Shown in pieces: positions 48,643 through 60,542 of a stretch of 64,000 nt of DNA (position 1 is the first letter of the stretch; each line of letters opens with the position of its first letter). The notes under the pieces are model-generated. The model was not told the DNA's origin, did not search any database, and worked only from the letters and a program-made list of their open reading frames with translations. Source of the stretch: Microcoleaceae cyanobacterium (GTDB lineage Bacteria > Cyanobacteriota > Cyanobacteriia > Cyanobacteriales > Microcoleaceae); the NCBI GenBank assembly GCA_051652765.1, contig JBOFUV010000101.1, positions 39,342 to 103,341 of the forward strand. The letters run 5' to 3'. A program made the translations under genes and the position numbers.

Positions 48643-50505
48643 CTAGGAGGCAACACGAGCTGCAGTTCTAGGTCGTCGCCGCCCCCGGAACTGACTTGAG
48701 GCTGAGGTATCAGTATCTGAAGTCCCTGAAGTCCCAGAGTTATTGTCAGCAGGGCTTTGCAGCAGCAATACCAGGAGAGGATTACTGGGTAGTTCCCGTC
48801 GGAGAACCCGTTGAACGGCCCGCTCAATTTGAGTTCTGACTCCAACCCAATCAATTTCCTGCTTGCCTTCGCCGAAGGAACGAGAAAACTCTGACCAGCG
48901 ATCGCCCAATGTCTGCTCAATCGATTGAGTAATCTGCTTTTGCAACACTGCAGGCTCAATCGAGGTGACAACCCCCTTGAGATGGACTTCTGGTTGTGCC
49001 AAAAGTTCTCCCTCTATGCCAACTGCAGCCGCAACGGTGATGACTCCATCTTCTGCAAGTTGCTGCCGCTCCCGCATGACATTGTCTTTCACAAACCCAG
49101 AACGGGAAGAATCCACTGGTTCAACACCAGAGGGAACCTTGCCAGCGATCCGCAGTGAATCCTGGGTTAGCTCGATCACATCACCGTTGTCAATGATCAC
49201 CATATTCTCGGCTGGAATCCCCATACTTCGAGCTGTTTTTGAATGCTGCACCAGCATTCGGTGTTCTCCATGCACCGGAACGAAGAACCGGGGACGAGTC
49301 AAGGCTAACATTAGCTTGTGATCTTCTTGACAGCCGTGGCCCGAAACGTGAATTCCCTTGTCGCGGCCATAGATTACGTTTGCCCCAAGCATCATTAGCT
49401 TATCAATCGTATTGACAACCGCAATTGTGTTGCCCGGAATGGGGTTGGCTGAGAATACAACCGTATCCCCAGATTTGATACTAACTTGATGATGGCCTCC
49501 GTTGGCGATGCGAGTTAGGGCGGATAGGGGCTCGCCCTGAGATCCTGTCGTGAGAATTAATACTTTTTCGGCAGGCATGTCGCTCAGTGCGCCCAAGGGA
49601 ACAAATAAATCATCCCGGCATTTGATATAACCCAAGTTACGGGAATGAGCAATCACGTTCAGCATCGAACGCCCAACCACAGCAACAGAACGCCCCTGCT
49701 TTTGGGCAATACTCAAAACAATATTCAGGCGGTGTACAGAGGAGGCAAAGGTGGTAACCAACAAACGTCCCGTTGCCTGGGCGAAAACCCGCTCCAAGTT
49801 TGGATAGACTGACTGCTCAGAGGGCGTAAACCCAGGAATTTCAGCATTAGTAGAGTCGCTTAATAGGCAGTGAACCCCTTTCTCGCCATACTCTGCTAAC
49901 CGCTGAAGATCAAAGAATTCTCCATCCACCGGGGTGTGATCAATCTTGAAATCTCCCGTGTGAATCACCACTCCCACAGGAGTATTGATGGCAACGGTAA
50001 AACTGTCTGCAATGGAATGGGTATTGCGAATGTATTCAACCAGGAAGTTTTTCCCAATCCGGACGATTTCACGGGGCCGGACGGTGCGAAGTTCTGTGCG
50101 ATCGCTCACCCCAGCCTCTTCTAACTTGCCCTGAAGTAAAGCCATGGCTAGACGAGGGCCATAAATTACCGGAATATCAAATTGCTTCAGGTGATAGGGA
50201 ATGCCACCAATGTGATCTTCGTGACCGTGGGTGACAATCATGCCCTTAATGCGATCGCGATTTTCACGCAAGTAAGTCACATCCGGGAGGACAATATTCA
50301 CCCCATGCATTCCATCCGTGGGAAAAGCTAGCCCTGCGTCCAGCAGGATGATTTCATCTCCATACTCAAACACGCAGGTGTTTTTGCCAATTTCGTGAAG
50401 CCCTCCCAGAGGAATAATTCGTAGAGCCGATGGATCACTTGATCTCTGGTACTTCTCGGTCAAATTCTTGCTGGCGATCACGGGCTTTGTTCCGTTTCTA
50501 ATCAT
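48643..50505 (-). CDS. rnj: Ribonuclease J
   Basis: PLGGLHEIGKN, THGHEDHIG, HVSGHG, VHGE motifs; downstream of dapA. Confidence 0.97.
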   Translation of the reverse strand: MIRNGTKPVIASKNLTEKYQRSSDPSALRIIPLGGLHEIGKNTCVFEYGDEIILLDAGLAFPTDGMHGVNIVLPDVTYLRENRDRIKGMIVTHGHEDHIGGIPYHLKQFDIPVIYGPRLAMALLQGKLEEAGVSDRTELRTVRPREIVRIGKNFLVEYIRNTHSIADSFTVAINTPVGVVIHTGDFKIDHTPVDGEFFDLQRLAEYGEKGVHCLLSDSTNAEIPGFTPSEQSVYPNLERVFAQATGRLLVTTFASSVHRLNIVLSIAQKQGRSVAVVGRSMLNVIAHSRNLGYIKCRDDLFVPLGALSDMPAEKVLILTTGSQGEPLSALTRIANGGHHQVSIKSGDTVVFSANPIPGNTIAVVNTIDKLMMLGANVIYGRDKGIHVSGHGCQEDHKLMLALTRPRFFVPVHGEHRMLVQHSKTARSMGIPAENMVIIDNGDVIELTQDSLRIAGKVPSGVEPVDSSRSGFVKDNVMRERQQLAEDGVITVAAAVGIEGELLAQPEVHLKGVVTSIEPAVLQKQITQSIEQTLGDRWSEFSRSFGEGKQEIDWVGVRTQIERAVQRVLRRELPSNPLLVLLLQSPADNNSGTSGTSDTDTSASSQFRGRRRPRTAARVAS

Positions 50506-50750
50506 ACTTTTGCTTGATAAGTTTCCTTAATATGAAGTCTCAATCACAGGTTCCAAATAGGATTTAGCCTTACACCTGATAAACTTGACAAAATTGCCAA
50601 GAGGCTTTTTGGAGTGAATGCTAGACGGGAATTGCTAATTCGGCCTAGCTTCTGAAATCAGCAACTATTCAGTTGTCCTGAAACCTTAAAATTCAGAGCT
50701 TTAAAACTTTCTAACCCAGTTTTAGATCTAAGCTCCTTAGTCTGGACTGG

Positions 50751-51641
50751 CTAGCTCACCCTTTCGTTCAACTTGCTCAGCACATCCTCTAACCTCTGCT
50801 CCAGTTGAGGGGAAGGATCGCACAATGGTAAACGAGTCTTTCCAACATTCCATCCTTGTAGGTTGAGCGCTAGCTTGACCGGAATTGGATTTGTCGTTGC
50901 AAATAAAGCCTTGAACAAGTCGAAGAGCCGCAGGTGAATTTCAGTTGCTAACTGAACCTGACCCATCTCAAACGCCTGAACCATCTGCTGTAGCTGCTTT
51001 CCTACCAGATGACTGGCCACACTGACAACACCAACTGCTCCAATTGCAAGCATAGGCAGCGTTAACGAGTCATCTCCAGAGTAAATCTTAAATTCAGGGG
51101 ATGTCAAGCAACGAATTTGACTGACTTGATCTAAATTGCCACTGGCTTCCTTGATAGCAACAATGTTGGGCAATTCTGCAAGACGAGCAACTGTCTCTGG
51201 CTGAAGATTTTGGCCTGTGCGCCCTGGAACGTTGTAGATCATAATCGGCAAATCTAAACTGGCTTGGGCGATCGCCTTGAAGTGTTCATAGAGTCCCTCT
51301 TGAGGGGGCTTGTTGTAATAGGGTACAACCTGCAAGGAACCATCCATTCCGAGTTGAGCTGCTTTCAGGGTTGCATCAATGGCTTCCTGAGTCGAGTTTG
51401 ATCCAGTTCCTCCCATTACTTTAGCATGAGATCCCACGGCCTGTTGCACGACTTGAAATAGTTGGTACTCTTCATCCCAGGTCAAAGCAGGCGATTCGCC
51501 TGTTGTACCACAGACCACGATGGTGTCGGTTCCCTGCTCGACCAAATGAATCGCCAAACGCTCTGCCATTTCATAATGGACACTTCCGTCCGCTTTGAAC
51601 GGTGTTACCATGGCCGTCATGACTCTACCAAAACTACTCAT
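50751..51641 (-). CDS. dapA: 4-hydroxy-tetrahydrodipicolinate synthase
   Basis: GTTGES, PYYNKP, YNVPGRT, IKEASG motifs. Confidence 0.97.
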   Translation of the reverse strand: MSSFGRVMTAMVTPFKADGSVHYEMAERLAIHLVEQGTDTIVVCGTTGESPALTWDEEYQLFQVVQQAVGSHAKVMGGTGSNSTQEAIDATLKAAQLGMDGSLQVVPYYNKPPQEGLYEHFKAIAQASLDLPIMIYNVPGRTGQNLQPETVARLAELPNIVAIKEASGNLDQVSQIRCLTSPEFKIYSGDDSLTLPMLAIGAVGVVSVASHLVGKQLQQMVQAFEMGQVQLATEIHLRLFDLFKALFATTNPIPVKLALNLQGWNVGKTRLPLCDPSPQLEQRLEDVLSKLNERVS

Positions 51642-51661
51642 CTGCTTCCTAAAGTAATAAT

Positions 51662-52708
51662 CTAGGGGGCCTGTTTTGCCAAGGAGGGAACTCTAACACT
51701 ATTTTTTTCAACTAACAGCTCAGCAATTTGAACTGCATTGAGAGCCGCGCCCTTTCGGATTTGATCACCACTCAGCCAAAGTTCTAATCCACAGGAATGA
51801 GACAGATCCTGACGAATTCGTCCCACCAATACTGCATCTTGACCTGTTGCTTCTATCGGCATCGGGAAATGACTGGTTTGCCAATCCTCGACCAACTTGA
51901 CTCCTGGAGCCTGACTCAAAATATGTCGAGCCTTAGCCACACCAAAAGGAGAATCAAACTCTAGATTAACAGCTTCTGAGTGTGCCCGGAGTACGGGAAC
52001 CCGGACACAGGTTGCTGAAATTCTGAGAGTGTCTACTCCAAAAATTTTACGGGTCTCGTTTACCATTTTCATTTCTTCCTGGCAATATCCCAACTCATTC
52101 CAGGGGGAGTTGTGGGGAAATAAGTTAAACGCCAGGGGATAAGGAAAGATGTCTGCCTTAGGAGATTCTCCCTGAAGAATCGCTCTAGCCTGGGTTTCAA
52201 CCTCTGCCATTGCCCGTGCTCCGGCTCCACTGGCTGATTGATAAGTTGCCACAATTACTCGACGGACAGGTTGCACTTGATGTAAGGGCCAAATCGCCAC
52301 TGCCATTAAAATCGTGGTGCAGTTGGGGTTGGCAATGATGCCTTGGTGTTGAGTAATCGCTTCAGGATTTACTTCTGGGACAATCAAAGGAACGTTTGGC
52401 TCTAGGCGAAACGCACTAGAGTTGTCGATCACGACGGCCCCAGATTCAACAGCCTTAGGACACCACTGCTTTGACGCAGCACCTCCAGCAGAAGATAGAA
52501 CAATGTCAACGTTGTGAAAAGACTGCTCAGAGACCGTTTCTACGGCCAGAGATTGTCCTTTGAACTTTAAAAGCTGTCCAACAGAACGGGCAGAGGCCAA
52601 CAGTTTTAACTCGGAGACCGGAAAGTTTCGACTCTCCAAAAGCTGGAGTAACTCAGTACCAACGGCCCCCGTTGCACCTAGAATGGCAACTCGATAAGAC
52701 TTTGACAA
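51662..52708 (-). CDS. asd: Aspartate-semialdehyde dehydrogenase
   Basis: [31 protein letters not shown] motifs. Confidence 0.97.
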   Translation of the reverse strand: MSKSYRVAILGATGAVGTELLQLLESRNFPVSELKLLASARSVGQLLKFKGQSLAVETVSEQSFHNVDIVLSSAGGAASKQWCPKAVESGAVVIDNSSAFRLEPNVPLIVPEVNPEAITQHQGIIANPNCTTILMAVAIWPLHQVQPVRRVIVATYQSASGAGARAMAEVETQARAILQGESPKADIFPYPLAFNLFPHNSPWNELGYCQEEMKMVNETRKIFGVDTLRISATCVRVPVLRAHSEAVNLEFDSPFGVAKARHILSQAPGVKLVEDWQTSHFPMPIEATGQDAVLVGRIRQDLSHSCGLELWLSGDQIRKGAALNAVQIAELLVEKNSVRVPSLAKQAP

Positions 52709-53322
52709 ACTTGCCTCCTTAAATTCTTACTAAAGATTCTTGTTTAAGATTCTTGCTTCAGGATTCTCGCTAAAGATCCTGTGAAACCCGCCAACTCCTC
52801 TAAAATGCCATGCCTAAATCTACTCTAGCTCCAGTCAATTCAGGGACTAGTTTAGTGCAGAAGCTAAAACCATTGTGTTGAAACATTACGTGTTGAAACC
52901 AGAAAAATAAAAGCAAACGTGCAACATTAGAATCAGAATCTAGTAAAAAGTCAGAAAAAGTTTGAGAGAGGCTCAATGTGCTTCGTAAAATAACCATCAT
53001 TCAGCTACAATAACTAGTTCTAGGAGAAACATTAAGCTTGTCAACTTAGCCTTGCGACTGATTGCAACTGAATCTAGTCTAGATAAATCCTTTCCTAGTA
53101 ATGATCTGCTTTGGCCAAGATGACTTGATGCAGATAACCTGACTAGGGGAGCTTGATTAAGCTTTTAATTCAGTTAAATCTTGACTGAGCTTGCTTGATT
53201 AAATCCCTAACCGAACCTGTCCAAATCCAACTTGTCTAAACTGAACTTGGTCTACAACTGTTTTGCCTAGTGGATTTGGCTTAGAGTATTAAGACTGTAT
53301 TGAGTATCAGAATACCACGATT

Positions 53323-54795
53323 ATGAAAGTTACCCAGGAAAAACTGCCCGATAGTCAGATTGGTTTAGATATCGAAATCCCACCGGAAATGTCCAAGAAT
53401 GCCTACGAACAAGTCGTTCGCAAGTATACCCAGACCGCCAATATTCCTGGATTTCGGCGAGGCAAAGTCCCTCGGACGATCTTGATTCAGCGTTTGGGAT
53501 CGACTCGGATCAAGGCCGCTGCCCTTGACAATCTGATGCAGGATCACCTGCCCAAAGTGATTGAGCAGGAAAATATTCCAGCCATCGGAGAAATTGAATT
53601 TCGCGGCGATATTGATGAGTTAATTGCTCAGTACCAACCGGGAGAGCCTCTAGTGATTCGGGCCAAGGTAGATGTTGAGCCGCAGGTTCAATTGGGAGAA
53701 TATCAGGGCTTGCAGCTTCAAGCTGAAGCAATTCAGTATGACCCCGCCAAAATTGATGCGGAGTTGGAAAAGGAGCAGATCAAGCTAGCAACCCTCGTTC
53801 CCGTCGAAGACCAAGCTGCCCAAGAAGGAAATGTTGCTTTTGCAGATTTCAAAGGATACTTCATCAGCGATGACCCTGACGCTGAGCCTGAGGAAGTTCC
53901 TGGCGGTGAAGCAGAAAACTTTCGGATTGAGCTAACGCCGGGTCAGTTTATTCCGGGTTTCATCGAAGGGATGATTGGAATGCAGCCCGGAGAAACCAAG
54001 GAAATGCCGCTACAGTTTCCAGAGGACTATGGCAACGAGGAATTGGCTGGCAAGCCCGTGAACTTTACCATCACCCTCAACGAACTGAAAGAGCGAGAAT
54101 TGCCCGAACTTGACGATGAGTTTGCTGAAGAGATTAGTGAATTCAAGACGATGGCAGAACTGCGGACATTTCTAGAAAGTCAGCATCAAGAAGAAGCTGA
54201 AAATAAGACCACTGAGAACAAACGGACGGCCCTAATTAAAGCAATTGTTGCCGGAGTCACCCTGGAATTGCCAGAAACGTTGATCCGGCAAGAAATCGAC
54301 CAAATTGTAACTCAGCAGGCCATTCGCCTCAGTGAAATGGGCCTTGATGTCAAACAGATGCTGACTCAGGAGATGATGCTGCGAATGCGGGAGCAAGCCC
54401 GAACCCAGGCTATCGAACAACTCAAGCAAGCTTTAGCCCTAAAGGAAATTGCGGCCAAGGAATCTATCACCTTGGACGAGGAAGAAATCAAAGCCGAAGA
54501 AGCGACTGCCCTAAAGCTTTTGGAGGATCAGCCGGTTGACCTCCAGCGTTTGCGTACTTATGTTACAGAAGACTTGTTGAGGAAGAAAACCTTTGCTTGG
54601 CTAGAGGAGCATTCAACGATTGAACTAGTTCCAGAAGGTACGCTAACTTCCTTGGAGGCAGAAGAAACGGAGACGACTGAAACTTATGAGATTGAAGGTT
54701 TAGGAGATGATGAAACAGCCCCAGCGATTGAAGTAGAATCTTCTTCAAGCAATGAACCTACCTCTTCAGAGTCTTTTTCCGCTGAAGAGGAATAG
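53323..54795 (+). CDS. tig: Trigger factor
   Basis: IPGFRRGK ribosome-binding motif; FKBP domain FIPGF...FPEDY; acidic tail. Confidence 0.96.
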   Translation: MKVTQEKLPDSQIGLDIEIPPEMSKNAYEQVVRKYTQTANIPGFRRGKVPRTILIQRLGSTRIKAAALDNLMQDHLPKVIEQENIPAIGEIEFRGDIDELIAQYQPGEPLVIRAKVDVEPQVQLGEYQGLQLQAEAIQYDPAKIDAELEKEQIKLATLVPVEDQAAQEGNVAFADFKGYFISDDPDAEPEEVPGGEAENFRIELTPGQFIPGFIEGMIGMQPGETKEMPLQFPEDYGNEELAGKPVNFTITLNELKERELPELDDEFAEEISEFKTMAELRTFLESQHQEEAENKTTENKRTALIKAIVAGVTLELPETLIRQEIDQIVTQQAIRLSEMGLDVKQMLTQEMMLRMREQARTQAIEQLKQALALKEIAAKESITLDEEEIKAEEATALKLLEDQPVDLQRLRTYVTEDLLRKKTFAWLEEHSTIELVPEGTLTSLEAEETETTETYEIEGLGDDETAPAIEVESSSSNEPTSSESFSAEEE

Positions 54796-55144
54796 CTCAA
54801 GAGGAATAAAGGACTTGTTTGATTGAGACCTTCCCAGCACAAAACATTTAAGTCGATGTTTTTGTTAGAATCAGCCCAAACTCTTCGTTGAAATCCACAG
54901 TTTTTTTTACGGACTTGGGTCATAATGTGAAGTATGCAGTTGGGCTGAATCAGTACTCGTTGAGGTACAAGCAATCTGTGTGTGGTTAAGTCGAGACAAA
55001 CTTTTTTCACTCAGATTGTACAAGCCTCTGAGTCTGGGGTTGAGGATCTGACAGTTTATGCTATTCACTTTGTATGTCCCAATTGAGGTCGGTGAATCAG
55101 TAGCCCAGGTTGTCGTCTTTAAGCTGTAGTTTTTAAAAAGCCAT

Positions 55145-55846
55145 ATGAATTTGTCTGAATCTTTCCAAAGTTACCGAGACTGCTCCATACTCGACGGCTA
55201 TTCTGTAGAAGTCTGTTCGAGTCAGATTACTGGGACAGTCCCGATTGTAATTGAACAGTCTGGCATGGGCGAGCGAGCGTTTGACCTCTACTCGCGACTG
55301 TTACGAGAGCGGATTATTTTCTTGGGAACCCCAGTTACTGACGAAGTGGCTAATGCGATCAGTGCCCAGATGTTGTTTCTGGAGGCGGACGATCCTGAGA
55401 AAGATATTCAGCTCTACATCAATTCCCCTGGCGGTTCTGTAACGGCTGGGATGGGCATTTATGACACAATGCAACAGGTACGGCCCGATATCGTCACAAT
55501 TTGTTATGGTTTGGCTGCGAGTATGGGAGCGTTTTTATTGGCTTCTGGAGCGGCTGGAAAGCGGATGTCCCTTCCCAGTTCACGGGTGATGATTCATCAA
55601 CCCCTAGGTGGGGCTCAAGGTCAAGCAGTTGATATTGAGATTCAAGCTCGGGAAATTCTTTATCACAAGCGTACCTTGAATGGATTGCTGGCTCAGCATA
55701 CGGGTCAACCTTTAGAGCGCATTGAAATGGACACAGATCGCGACTTTTTTATGTCGGCAGCAGAGGCCAGAGAGTATGGTCTAATAGATCAGGTGCTTTC
55801 TAAGCAAACCCTGCCTGTTCTTAGCGAATCTGTTCCTGCAACTTAG
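55145..55846 (+). CDS. clpP: ATP-dependent Clp protease proteolytic subunit
   Basis: [33 protein letters not shown] motifs. Confidence 0.97.
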   Translation: MNLSESFQSYRDCSILDGYSVEVCSSQITGTVPIVIEQSGMGERAFDLYSRLLRERIIFLGTPVTDEVANAISAQMLFLEADDPEKDIQLYINSPGGSVTAGMGIYDTMQQVRPDIVTICYGLAASMGAFLLASGAAGKRMSLPSSRVMIHQPLGGAQGQAVDIEIQAREILYHKRTLNGLLAQHTGQPLERIEMDTDRDFFMSAAEAREYGLIDQVLSKQTLPVLSESVPAT

Positions 55847-55858
55847 CACGAGGCAACT

Positions 55859-57202
55859 ATGTCCAAGTACGACTCCCACTTAAAATGCTCCTTTTGCGGC
55901 AAGTCCCAGGAACAAGTTCGTAAGTTGATTGCGGGGCCCGGTGTTTATATCTGCGACGAATGTGTAGAGCTATGTAATGAAATCCTGGATGAAGAGTTGT
56001 TTGATGCCAGTGCGGTTCAACAAGCTCCATCCTCTCGGCCTCAATCGGCTCCTGCGCCAAAGCGTCGGGTTAGAACCGGTCGGGCTCCCCTCAGTTCAGT
56101 TCCTAAGCCCCGAGAAATTAAAGCTTACCTGGATCTGCATGTCATTGGTCAAGATGAGGCCAAGAAAGTCCTATCCGTAGCCGTCTACAACCACTACAAA
56201 CGCCTAGGTTTTGTTCAGGCAAAAGGCAGTCGTCAACCTTCCGATGACAGTATTGAGCTACAAAAGTCGAATATTTTACTGATAGGCCCTACGGGCTGTG
56301 GTAAGACGTTGCTTGCTGAAACCCTAGCTAAGATGTTAGATGTTCCCTTTGCCGTAGCTGATGCAACAACGCTAACTGAAGCGGGCTATGTGGGAGAGGA
56401 CGTTGAAAATATTCTGCTACGACTGCTGCAAGTTTCAGACTTTGATATTGAAGAAGCCCAGCGGGGAATTGTCTACATTGACGAGATTGACAAGATTGCT
56501 CGCAAGAGTGAGAACCCTTCCATCACCCGAGATGTTTCCGGGGAAGGAGTCCAACAGGCACTGTTAAAAATGCTGGAGGGAACCGTTGCCAATGTTCCGC
56601 CCCAAGGTGGTCGGAAGCACCCTTATCAAGATTGTATTCAGGTTGATACTAGCAATATTCTGTTCGTCTGTGGTGGGGCCTTTGTGGGACTAGACAAGGT
56701 GGTCGAGCGCAGAACAGGCAAGAAATCCATGGGTTTTGTGCAAGCCAAAGAAGAGCAGCCAAAGGAAAAACGCGCCGTGGATGTCTTGAAGCAGATGGAA
56801 CCAGATGATTTAGTCAAGTTTGGGCTAATTCCTGAGCTGATTGGCCGCATCCCAATGGTTGCTGTGCTTGATCCATTAGACGAGGAGGCGTTGGTCGCAA
56901 TTCTGACGGAGCCTCGCAGTGCCTTGGTAAAGCAGTATCAAAAGTTATTGCGGATGGACAATGTGCAGTTGGAGTTTGAGCCAGAAGCGATCCAGGCGAT
57001 CGCCAAGGAAGCCTACCGTCGTAAGACTGGAGCACGGGCATTGCGGGGCATTGTTGAAGAGTTGATGCTGGATGTAATGTATGAGTTACCCTCCCGCAAG
57101 GATGTCAAGCGGTGTCGCATCACCCAGGAAATGGTAGAGAAGCGCTCAACGGCTGAGTTGCTGATTCATCCTTCCTCCTTGCCAAAGCCAGAGTCAGCTT
57201 AA
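55859..57202 (+). CDS. clpX: ATP-dependent Clp protease ATP-binding subunit
   Basis: CSFC...CDEC zinc finger, [25 protein letters not shown]. Confidence 0.98.
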   Translation: MSKYDSHLKCSFCGKSQEQVRKLIAGPGVYICDECVELCNEILDEELFDASAVQQAPSSRPQSAPAPKRRVRTGRAPLSSVPKPREIKAYLDLHVIGQDEAKKVLSVAVYNHYKRLGFVQAKGSRQPSDDSIELQKSNILLIGPTGCGKTLLAETLAKMLDVPFAVADATTLTEAGYVGEDVENILLRLLQVSDFDIEEAQRGIVYIDEIDKIARKSENPSITRDVSGEGVQQALLKMLEGTVANVPPQGGRKHPYQDCIQVDTSNILFVCGGAFVGLDKVVERRTGKKSMGFVQAKEEQPKEKRAVDVLKQMEPDDLVKFGLIPELIGRIPMVAVLDPLDEEALVAILTEPRSALVKQYQKLLRMDNVQLEFEPEAIQAIAKEAYRRKTGARALRGIVEELMLDVMYELPSRKDVKRCRITQEMVEKRSTAELLIHPSSLPKPESA

Positions 57203-57205
57203 GTC

Positions 57206-59650
57206 TTAGTTTCGCTCACCAAAGAGAATTGGGAGGAGCTGATCAACGATTTTTGCCCAGGTAAACTGGTCTTGAACAAACTTGGGGCCAATTTGGGTCA
57301 TTTGTTGACGGCAACTTTCCTCCTCAATGATTTTGGCCATGAGTTCTGTCAGGTGATCTTGATTGGGGTCAAGGTAGAACTTGGTGTCTCCATTTTTTTC
57401 CGTGAAGTGCTTCAGTTGGCTCTCAATTTTCCAGGTGAATTCCGGGCGGGTGAAGTCATCCGTGGGGCCACCTGCCGTGCAAATCACAGGCACACCACAG
57501 GCGATCGCTTCCAATACAGGCAAGTTAAATCCCTCGGCTGAATAGGGAGAAACATAAGCATCAGCGGCCCAGTATAACTCAGCCATGTCTTGGGTCGAAA
57601 GATTGTGACCAATGTAATGCAAACGAGCATGAACGCGCTCCAGTTCAGCTTCGGTCAAGATATTCTGACTCGCTTTTTGGATAGAAGCTTGGGAAGGAAA
57701 AATAGCATCTCGCCCCTTCAGAACCAAGCGTGTTTGCGGATGGCGTTCGGCGATCGCAGCGAATGCCTTGAGCAACCGATCTACCCCCTGCCGTTCATTC
57801 CACATCACCCCAATATTGAGGAAGACAAAACCATCCTGCCAGCCCAATTTTTGCCGTAGGTGTTGACGATGGTCGGAGCCAACGGGATGGTAAATTTCAG
57901 GGTTGATTCCTAGGGGAACGACGACAACCCGTTCCGGATCAGCCCCACTGTTGAGAAAGCCCTGCCGTGACCAGTGAGAAGCTGTTAACAGAATGGTGTC
58001 TGACTCCGAATGGGCTTGGTGAAATGATGAAACCTTCATCCCACGCAAAATTGATTGGGGGACAATTCCCCATTCTGTACAGCCAAACACCACTGTTTTT
58101 GTGCTGGTGGAATTGGCGAGGTTAAAGGGACAATACATCCGTAAGGTCACATCCGCAATCTGATTGGGTTCAGGGTGATAAATCCGCTCTAAACGGGCCT
58201 CGGCTTCAGGTGAAAACAGCCCTTGACTGGCTTTCCAGTCCTCAGTTACATAGGGAATATCTCGATGAAATAATTGCACCTGAGGACGCTGGATAAATTC
58301 CAGCAATTGACAACAATTAATCAAAGCATAAGAGTGAGGAATTGCTCGCCAGCCTTCCACAATCAAAGAGTAGTTTTTAACTGGATTCAGCTCAACTGAC
58401 CTTAGATCAAATGAACTTAGATTAACAGGATCAGGGCTGGTTGAAGCTTGGGAACTTGAACCTGAAGTTGGATTGAAGCCTAGGTCTGAACTTGAACGGG
58501 AATTAAACTGCGTTAACAATCGATCCACACTGTGTTTCCAGGTGTAATTTTCGGCTACAACTTGAGGGGCAATTTGGCGAGCTTGCTGACAAAAATCAGG
58601 TTGATTGATGACAGTTTGCATTAACATCACCAAGTGTTCCCAGTCTGGATGCAGAAAGAATCGAACCTGGTGATCAATCGTTTTGATGCTAAATTTACTC
58701 CGAATCGGTAAGGTAAATTCAGGCTGGGTAAAATCATCCGTTGGCCCCCCTGCGGTACAAATTACAGGCAATCCACAGGCCATCGCTTCCAACACGGGCA
58801 GATTGAACCCTGAAGCCAGATAAGGAGACACGTAAGCATCAGCCCCTTGATACAATTGGGCCATCTGTTCAACTGAAAAGTTCTTGCCCAGGTAGGCCAT
58901 TCGCGGCTGCACTCTCGCGGATTCCCCATCTCGTAAAATCGCCTGACTCGCCTCTAACAAACAGCCTTGAGAAGAATACAGAGCGTCACATCCTTTCAAC
59001 ACCAAGCGACTATTGGGATGCTGTTCAACCACTTGGGCAAAGGCTTTTAACAGGGGTCGAATGCCGTCTCGGTCTTCAAATCCACCCACATTCAAAAAGA
59101 TGAAATAGTCTTCCCATCCCAACTGCCGACGGAGAGTTTGGCGTTCCTCAGGAGCGAGGGGCTTGAACAGTTGAGGATGGACACCGAGGGGGGCGATCGC
59201 AATCTGTTCTGAAGGAATGCCGCTGCGGAGCAAACCCTGTTTTGACCAGTGAGAAGGAGTAACCCACGTTGTCTGAGGAGAGTGGGGCATTTGATGGAAG
59301 GACGTAATTCCTGTTCCCGCCAGAGCTGAAGCAATCTCAGCGTTGAGCAAAGTTCCCCAAGGCGTTGTCGCCCATAAAACTGTTGCCTGATCTTGAGGAA
59401 AACACCGATCAGGAGGATGAATTCTCAAGGTTAGGTCAGGGAATTCGGGCTGTTGAGGAAGGGCTTGCAACTGGGTAAGAAATTCTGCTGGGAGTAGATG
59501 GGGCGCAGATTTCCACTGAGAATTGTTGTAGGGAATCCCTTGGTAGGAAACCGCTAACTCCGGTCGTTTCAATAATTCCAACAGTAAGAACTGAGTTGTG
59601 ACTGCATCAATATGGGGTAAGAATTCCCATCCCTCGACATGAATTTTCAT
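57206..59650 (-). CDS. Glycosyltransferase family 4 protein with two tandem GT-B units
   Basis: Two homologous halves, each with VEGW..PH, SHWS.QG.L.SG and ADAYVSPY...GFNLPVLEA.ACG.PVICTAGGPTDDFT. Confidence 0.88.
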   Translation of the reverse strand: MKIHVEGWEFLPHIDAVTTQFLLLELLKRPELAVSYQGIPYNNSQWKSAPHLLPAEFLTQLQALPQQPEFPDLTLRIHPPDRCFPQDQATVLWATTPWGTLLNAEIASALAGTGITSFHQMPHSPQTTWVTPSHWSKQGLLRSGIPSEQIAIAPLGVHPQLFKPLAPEERQTLRRQLGWEDYFIFLNVGGFEDRDGIRPLLKAFAQVVEQHPNSRLVLKGCDALYSSQGCLLEASQAILRDGESARVQPRMAYLGKNFSVEQMAQLYQGADAYVSPYLASGFNLPVLEAMACGLPVICTAGGPTDDFTQPEFTLPIRSKFSIKTIDHQVRFFLHPDWEHLVMLMQTVINQPDFCQQARQIAPQVVAENYTWKHSVDRLLTQFNSRSSSDLGFNPTSGSSSQASTSPDPVNLSSFDLRSVELNPVKNYSLIVEGWRAIPHSYALINCCQLLEFIQRPQVQLFHRDIPYVTEDWKASQGLFSPEAEARLERIYHPEPNQIADVTLRMYCPFNLANSTSTKTVVFGCTEWGIVPQSILRGMKVSSFHQAHSESDTILLTASHWSRQGFLNSGADPERVVVVPLGINPEIYHPVGSDHRQHLRQKLGWQDGFVFLNIGVMWNERQGVDRLLKAFAAIAERHPQTRLVLKGRDAIFPSQASIQKASQNILTEAELERVHARLHYIGHNLSTQDMAELYWAADAYVSPYSAEGFNLPVLEAIACGVPVICTAGGPTDDFTRPEFTWKIESQLKHFTEKNGDTKFYLDPNQDHLTELMAKIIEEESCRQQMTQIGPKFVQDQFTWAKIVDQLLPILFGERN

Positions 59651-59930
59651 CTTTAAAACGAAATTACTTTGCGATCACAAGTACTTGTTTTTCAACCTCT
59701 AAGAGATTGTAGCAACTCAAGAGGATGGGCAGCCGACAGTTTGTCAAAGGCTCGTGCACACACTACTGATCGCTAGATTCAGCATTTTTTCGGGTTTTTC
59801 AGAACTTTTTAGTTCTGAACGAAAAGAATCCTGATATGCCAACCCGCTAAAATCCTCCTCGAGATCTCCTGGACATTCAAGTTTGATAGAATATTCAAGT
59901 CTGAACGTTGCTAGAACACCATGATGTAGT

Positions 59931-60449
59931 ATGAAGTTTTTGATCGATAAAATTCAATCTGAATTAGGTCAAATTTTAATTGTGACAGATGGAGAAAAGC
60001 TCTGTGGGTTAGACTTTGGAGATGAATCTCGTTTCATGAAGCTTTTACAGAAGCAATTTAAATTGATGGAATTTAAATTAATCGAATTAGAAACGGTTGA
60101 AAATCCTCAAGGATTGAGTCAGAAAATCGGTCAATACTTTGCCGGAGATTTCAATGTGCTCCAGGAAATTCCCGTCAACCCAAGGGGCACTCCATTTCAA
60201 CAAACGGTTTGGTCAGCCCTACAGCAGATTCCAGTTGGGACAACCCTTTCCTATAAAGAGTTAGCGATTAAAATTGGCAAGCCGACCGCCTCTCGCGCCG
60301 TGGGCATGGCCAACTCTCAAAACCCCATTGCTATTGTGATTCCCTGCCATCGAGTCATTGGAGCAAAGACGCAGTTGACCGGATATGCTGGGGGGTTGGA
60401 ACGCAAACAATGGTTACTCCACCATGAGGGAGCACGATTAGAACGGTAG
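59931..60449 (+). CDS. ogt: Methylated-DNA--protein-cysteine S-methyltransferase
   Basis: GTPFQQTVW, RAVG, IPCHRV, GYAGG motifs. Confidence 0.93.
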   Translation: MKFLIDKIQSELGQILIVTDGEKLCGLDFGDESRFMKLLQKQFKLMEFKLIELETVENPQGLSQKIGQYFAGDFNVLQEIPVNPRGTPFQQTVWSALQQIPVGTTLSYKELAIKIGKPTASRAVGMANSQNPIAIVIPCHRVIGAKTQLTGYAGGLERKQWLLHHEGARLER

Positions 60450-60542
60450 ATCTGAAGGGGTGATAACCCAACCGAAAGTCTCTCGCGTTGACCCAGGTTC
60501 ATCGTCCTAGTTTCCAGTAATTCTTATCAGGTAAGGCTTATC

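Noticed and set aside
47725..50505. Ankyrin gene abutting rnj (stop codons adjacent) as a functional pair
   Set aside because: Convergent tight packing also occurs at clpX/GT4 and moaE/phosphoesterase; no other evidence of a link.
52709..53322. 614-bp asd/tig intergenic region as an RNA gene or small ORF
   Set aside because: AT-rich divergent promoter DNA with only short degenerate duplications; no convincing stems, tRNA fold or coding signal.
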